NCBI GenBank assembly: GCA_026391695.1
Contig: JAPLDP010000077.1
Coordinates: 6,462-70,461, forward strand
Reading direction: 5' to 3'
DNA: 64,000 bases
Source: Bacteroidota bacterium
GTDB lineage: Bacteria; Bacteroidota; Bacteroidia; Bacteroidales; JAGONC01
How positions within the stretch are numbered: the stretch's first letter is position 1; every line of letters begins with the position of its first letter. This document shows positions 59,591-64,000 of this stretch, in pieces. The translations under genes and the position numbers were made by a program. A model generated the notes under the pieces. The model searched no databases, was not told where the DNA came from, and saw nothing but the letters and a program-made list of their open reading frames with translations.

Positions 59591-59745
59591 TGAGGCTGTC
59601 TCAAAAGTGTTTGAAAATTGTTTTTCTGACTTTGTGTTACTTTGTGTATCCTTTGTGACACTTTGTGGTTCAATCAATTAGATTAACCACAAAGGAACAC
59701 GAAGGTAATCACAAAGGGACACTAAGGGCTTTTGAAACAACCTCA
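59591..59745. repeat. MITE-like palindromic repeat, copy B (inverted relative to copy A)
   Basis: About 90 percent identical to the reverse complement of 27110-27263. Terminal inverted repeats are TGAGGCTGTCTCAAAAG / CTTTTGAAACAACCTCA. Confidence 0.8.
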
Positions 59746-59895
59746 TAACAGATTCTGATAGGAACATTTATGGGCAGTCCCCCTGAATTAAAGATAAAAA
59801 AGTGCAGTGCGGTTGATCTTTATTTTGAATTCAAGATTTGGATTTTTCATACAGCCATCATTAATAATATTTAGTTCGTCAATGCCGGGATAAAG

Positions 59896-61305
59896 TTATT
59901 TAAAATTCCTGTCGGTGGAATTTTGAGATACGCTGAACAAGATTTTGTTTAATTCTCCGATAAGATCTTTAACCGCTATGGAACGCTGTTCTCCGCTTTT
60001 CATGTCTTTTATCACAGCCAGGCCGCTACTGATTTCATTTTCTCCGATAAGTATGACGAAAGGAATATTTTTCTTATCCGCGTATGTCATTTGTTTTTTT
60101 AATTTACCGGATTCAGGGAACAATTCAGCGTTTATCCCTGCTTTTCTGATGTTATCCATGAGAGGCAGACAATAGATTTCTTCCTGCAGGCCAAAATTAG
60201 CGAACATTACTTGTGTCGTGGCCTTGGTTTTTTCAGGAAAGAGATGCATTTCTTCCATGACATCATAGATCCTGTCGGCTCCAAAAGAGATTCCGACACC
60301 GGAAACGCCGGGTAATCCAAAGATTCCGGTAAGGTCATCATACCTGCCACCGCCACACAGGCTTCCAATGCTTACATCCCTGGCTTTGACCTCTATGATG
60401 GCTCCTGTATAATAATTCAGCCCCCTGGCCAATGTAAGATCAAATTCCACTGCATGGGTCAAGGTCAGTTTATCAAGATAATTGAAGATAGTTTTCATCT
60501 CTTCAATGCCCTTTAACCCAACAGATGAAGCCTTCAGCTGTTGTTCAAGGACAGAAAATTTTTCATTCAGCGTTCCTTTCAGTAAAATGACAGGTTGTAA
60601 TTTTTGAATAGCTTCGTCAGATATTCCTTTTGACCGGAGTTCGGAATTCACATTATCGAGGCCGATTTTATCCAGTTTGTCGATAGCAACGGTCATATCG
60701 GTCAATTTATCAGCTTCTCCGATAACGGCTGCAATCCCGCTCAGGATTTTCCGGTTGTTGATTTTAATAATAACGTCAATGCCAAGAGCGCTGAAAACTT
60801 TTTCGCTGATATTGAGTAGTTCAACTTCATTAAGGAGGGCATGGCTGCCGATGACGTCCACATCGCACTGGAAGAATTCACGGTACCGGCCTTTTTGTGG
60901 TCTGTCGGCGCGCCAGACAGGCTGGACCTGGTAACGTTTAAAAGGGAACGTGATCTCATTCAGGTGTTGCACCACATACCGGGCAAAAGGCACGGTCAGG
61001 TCATACCGTAATCCCTTGTCGCAAATCAACGATGATAAACGTGTAAGATCTCCGGATGTCCAGTCATGTCTTTCAATTCCTGATAGAAAATCTCCGGAAT
61101 TAAGTATCCTGAATAAAAGCCGGTCACCCTCTTCACCATATTTTCCTAACAGGGTTGACAGGTTTTCCATTGCCGGGGTTTCGAGAGGCAAATAGCCAAA
61201 ACGTTGAAAAATCCCGATAATGGTATCAAGAATATGATTCCGTTTCACCATCTCAGCAGGGGAGAAATCGCGGGTTCCTTTTGGTATGGAGGGTTTCTGC
61301 ATCAT
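59896..61305 (-). CDS. hisS: histidine--tRNA ligase
   Basis: PKGTRDF start region, class II motifs (..[25 protein letters not shown].., GGGRYD) and an anticodon-binding C-terminus. Confidence 0.96.
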   Translation of the reverse strand: MMQKPSIPKGTRDFSPAEMVKRNHILDTIIGIFQRFGYLPLETPAMENLSTLLGKYGEEGDRLLFRILNSGDFLSGIERHDWTSGDLTRLSSLICDKGLRYDLTVPFARYVVQHLNEITFPFKRYQVQPVWRADRPQKGRYREFFQCDVDVIGSHALLNEVELLNISEKVFSALGIDVIIKINNRKILSGIAAVIGEADKLTDMTVAIDKLDKIGLDNVNSELRSKGISDEAIQKLQPVILLKGTLNEKFSVLEQQLKASSVGLKGIEEMKTIFNYLDKLTLTHAVEFDLTLARGLNYYTGAIIEVKARDVSIGSLCGGGRYDDLTGIFGLPGVSGVGISFGADRIYDVMEEMHLFPEKTKATTQVMFANFGLQEEIYCLPLMDNIRKAGINAELFPESGKLKKQMTYADKKNIPFVILIGENEISSGLAVIKDMKSGEQRSIAVKDLIGELNKILFSVSQNSTDRNFK

Positions 61306-61329
61306 ATATTTATAGACGGATATAATAAT

Positions 61330-62499
61330 TTATTTCATAGTGTTTTTTATAAGCTCATCCAGTATTTTGGTGTTGACTTCCCAGCTGTAATGCCTTAAAA
61401 CAAAGTTGTACCCATTCAGGGCGAGTTGGTCGGCTTTTGATTTATCGTTTAAAAGAGTGAGGGTATGGCCGGCCATCTCTTCGGGAGTGCTACCCACTAA
61501 AATCTCTTCATTTTCCTTTGCTCCCAGTGCATTGTTGGCCAGACGAGAGGTGATACTGGGAATTTTCATTGCCATGGCCTCGAGCAGTTTGTTTTGCAAA
61601 CCTATCCCAATCTGCATCGGGGCAATAAAGATTTTTGCCTGGGCATAGTATTCACGAATGTCTTTTACATATCCGGTAACATGAACGTGTGCAGATGCCA
61701 GTGCCAGGACCCTTGGGTGCGGTGTGGCACCGGCAAGAATGACCCGTACATCAGGCAATTTTTTCTTTACTATGGGTACGACTTCATTGACAAGGAAAAC
61801 GGCTGCATTCACATTGGGAGGATAGCCCATGTTCCCTGTAAAAATTATATCATAGATCTTCTCCCGTTCAATCGGTTTGAAAAACGCCTGATCCACACCA
61901 TTTGGCACGATGACGATCTCCTCTCTTTTTGGGTGCGGAATAAGGTCACGGTCGGGTCTGGAGATAATGGTCCTGTGATCAAAGATATCAAAGACTTGCC
62001 TTTCGTATCTCAGCAATCGTTTATACTCTATTTTGAGGACAGGCTTAAGCCAGAACGGTGATGTGGCAATCCGCCTTTCAACACCTTTGGAAAATGCATC
62101 CTGATAGTCAATGGTTTTGGGAATATCCTTATCACTGACATATTCGGCCACACGAACGAGCTGACAGTAAATATGGTCAGGTTTTATCTCTTGTATCACC
62201 CTGTCAACTGTTTTTTTTGCCTTTTTACTGAAAAAGTAGCCGACCTGCAATGGTTTGCCGGAAATAAAAGCCCTGAAGATATTCCAGATAATACAGAGTT
62301 TGGAAAGGTTGACAACCGTTATGGATGTACAATATTTATTCAGTTCCGGCAGGGCTTCTTCGTCAATCTTTGTATCATTTAGGGCACATAAAAAGATCTC
62401 GTGATTTTTCGATAAGCATCGTATCTGATGATAGGCCCGGAGCTTATCACCTTTTACAATTGGAAAGGGCACCCTGGATAACAGTACAAATAATTTCAT
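61330..62499 (-). CDS. glycosyltransferase family 4 (GT-B, retaining type)
   Basis: 389 aa with a C-terminal E-x7-E-type motif region (NKLLEAMAMKIPSITS...GAKENEEILV). Confidence 0.8.
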   Translation of the reverse strand: MKLFVLLSRVPFPIVKGDKLRAYHQIRCLSKNHEIFLCALNDTKIDEEALPELNKYCTSITVVNLSKLCIIWNIFRAFISGKPLQVGYFFSKKAKKTVDRVIQEIKPDHIYCQLVRVAEYVSDKDIPKTIDYQDAFSKGVERRIATSPFWLKPVLKIEYKRLLRYERQVFDIFDHRTIISRPDRDLIPHPKREEIVIVPNGVDQAFFKPIEREKIYDIIFTGNMGYPPNVNAAVFLVNEVVPIVKKKLPDVRVILAGATPHPRVLALASAHVHVTGYVKDIREYYAQAKIFIAPMQIGIGLQNKLLEAMAMKIPSITSRLANNALGAKENEEILVGSTPEEMAGHTLTLLNDKSKADQLALNGYNFVLRHYSWEVNTKILDELIKNTMK

Positions 62500-62557
62500 T
62501 CAATACAGCAATAGATCTTTCGACAAAAATAAAAATATAACCTGATGTGCACAAATG

Positions 62558-63763
62558 TCAGGCGAGGGATATTTTGATATACAGATCGGTTAAACTCAGG
62601 ATGATGCGGTCATTATCATGCTCTTTTTCAATCAGTAACCGGGCTTTTCCCCCAATATTATGGCATCGGGACTGATCATGCATGCATGTCCTTATGGCCT
62701 CCGCGAACAGTACAGGTGTATCAGCGATCAGGATATTTTCACCATCCTTACAGTTTATTCCCTCAGCTCCAATGGAGGTTGATATGACGGTTTTTTCAAC
62801 AGTCATCGCTTCAATGATTTTTATCCTTATACCGCTGCCTGAAAACAACGGGACGATCATAATCCATTTTGATTGCATGAAGGTGAGCGCATTTTCTACT
62901 TCTCCAACGACGATTACATTTGGATATTGGGAATGGATGAGCCATTCAGGCATCATTCTTCCTGCAAGATAAAATTTCAGATCCGGAAACTCCTTATGTA
63001 TTTCAGGCCAGACATTATCGAGGAACCATTTAATACCTTCCACGTTGGGTATCCAGTTCATTGAGCCGATATGGAAAAGTGAAGGGATTTCCGGTATTAT
63101 CTCAGGATTAAGGATATAATCGCCGGTATTCACCCCAAATGGAACATTCACAACCGGAACTTGTGAAACGACAGATCTGAAGAAGTCGGCGTCAGTACCT
63201 GTTATGGATGCAATACCATCGAATTTTTTTAATGCAGTCAGCTCGAATGTTTTAAGGGTTCTGTAAAGATATTTCAGATAAATTTTTTTCAGTGGATTCC
63301 TGCAATTGTCAGCTATACGTTTCCAGATAAGATGTTCAATATTATGGGTACGCAGGACAACTTTTGCGTTAGAACAGGTTCTGATCAAATCGACATAAGG
63401 TGCGACGTACAGGGTTTCAAGGTGAACGATGTCGAATTCATTGTTTTGCAGGATCTGAATAAGTTTTTCCTTTACTTCAGTGGTAATAAAACGCTGAATA
63501 TGATATGACCGGGAAGCGAGGAGATTAATTAATGCGCTGAAAGGTTTAACAGAGAGGTCGATATAAACCATCTCCAGGTTGATTTTATTCTTGTAATCTG
63601 CAGGAATGTCGTCGGGGTGAATAAAATATTTATTTGTGTTGATGGCCAGAACTTTTAGCTGGTGGCCTGCCCTGAGGAGTCCCTGGATAATCGCATTCAT
63701 CGCAATGGGACCACCTTCAAGGGGTGGGAAAGGCGATTTATTACAGATAATAAATATCCTCAT
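62558..63763 (-). CDS. glycosyltransferase family 4 (GT-B)
   Basis: 401 aa with GT-B C-terminal motifs (GSGIRIKIIEAMTVEKTVISTSIGAEGI...GENILIAD). Confidence 0.8.
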   Translation of the reverse strand: MRIFIICNKSPFPPLEGGPIAMNAIIQGLLRAGHQLKVLAINTNKYFIHPDDIPADYKNKINLEMVYIDLSVKPFSALINLLASRSYHIQRFITTEVKEKLIQILQNNEFDIVHLETLYVAPYVDLIRTCSNAKVVLRTHNIEHLIWKRIADNCRNPLKKIYLKYLYRTLKTFELTALKKFDGIASITGTDADFFRSVVSQVPVVNVPFGVNTGDYILNPEIIPEIPSLFHIGSMNWIPNVEGIKWFLDNVWPEIHKEFPDLKFYLAGRMMPEWLIHSQYPNVIVVGEVENALTFMQSKWIMIVPLFSGSGIRIKIIEAMTVEKTVISTSIGAEGINCKDGENILIADTPVLFAEAIRTCMHDQSRCHNIGGKARLLIEKEHDNDRIILSLTDLYIKISLA

Positions 63764-63773
63764 GTATAATGGT

Positions 63774-64000
63774 TTATGTTCTTTTTCTAAAGAAAATCAA
63801 TCGATTGATAAATTTTTTCCAGGAGTCTAAATCAAAGATTGGGGAATCGCTGGTTGCTTTAATAGTAAGCAGGATGCCAATAGGAAGGTAGATGGCAGAG
63901 GCCAGCCACATGCCCTGCAGAGCAGTCATTACGCCTTCTCTGGCATATTTAAATCCGGTTGTTGACAGGATATGATACATGACAAAAAAGAACACGGAGA
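63774..64000 (-). CDS. LptF/LptG (YjgP/YjgQ) family permease, C-terminal fragment (gene continues beyond the window)
   Basis: The last roughly 75 residues (..GFKYAREGVMTALQGMWLASAIYLPIGILLTIKA..) resemble the terminal TM helix region of Bacteroidota LptF/G permeases. The frame is open to the window edge. Confidence 0.6.
   Translation of the reverse strand, partial: SVFFFVMYHILSTTGFKYAREGVMTALQGMWLASAIYLPIGILLTIKATSDSPIFDLDSWKKFINRLIFFRKRT

Noticed and set aside
59542-59673. 44-codon N-terminal extension of the ammonia-lyase ORF (MNHKVSQRIHKVTQSQKNNFQTLL...)
   Set aside because: It is a translation of the MITE-like repeat. Homology to HAL/PAL starts at MTYIVTGNG (ATG at 59541), which is preceded by GGAGGA.
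1-64000. Search for CRISPR arrays, prophage, integrases/transposases, toxin-antitoxin pairs or known defence systems
   Set aside because: I found no direct-repeat/spacer array and no ORF with recombinase, transposase, nuclease-helicase, TIR/SIR2-effector or phage structural signatures. The only Sir2 protein is a short canonical CobB-type deacylase in a metabolic context.

Overview
This window reads as about 64 kb of a Bacteroidota chromosome. The taxonomic markers are a SusC/SusD pair, a T9SS type-B C-terminal sorting domain, the hemD-DUF4271 pairing, a giant DUF2723 membrane protein and TAnnTTTG-type -7 boxes. I call 43 protein-coding genes (two cut by the window edges), one decayed gene, one tRNA-Gln, four intrinsic terminators, and several repeat or operator-like elements. 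The content is mostly core housekeeping: rnpA-yidD, lepA, gap, a relA/spoT homologue, fur-purA, tRNA-Gln plus rimP-nusA-infB, lgt, dprA-rsgA-dtd, icd, iorAB, hisS and LPS-related glycosyltransferases. I found no integrase, transposase, phage gene, CRISPR array or recognisable defence gene, so there is no classical accessory island. Seven things deserve a second look. (1) A 1377-aa protein carries the ATP-grasp and phosphohistidine-swivel modules of pyruvate,phosphate dikinase but lacks the PEP/pyruvate barrel, and instead has an unassignable N-terminal region of about 880 aa. (2) An acetate-node locus groups porin, acs, an OFA-type MFS transporter, a Pat-like ACD-GNAT fusion and a Sir2 deacylase, with ackA divergent. 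(3) A 20-bp palindrome, ATTGTKA-N6-TAACAAT, recurs four times in front of pat, the porin, ackA and gap; it resembles a clostridial-type Rex box. (4) A stand-alone histidine/aromatic ammonia-lyase has Ala-Cys-Gly in place of the canonical Ala-Ser-Gly MIO triad. (5) Two inverted copies, about 90 percent identical, of a 154-bp MITE-like palindromic element built from helically phased CTTTGTG heptamers sit just upstream of relA/spoT and of the lyase. (6) A mitochondrial-type citrate synthase next to icd has lost about 150 internal codons and is frameshifted. (7) Further structured intergenic elements include three GAAA-loop hairpins, a roughly 130-bp imperfect palindrome and an 18-bp perfect palindrome. 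All functional calls come from motif recognition by eye; no database search was run.
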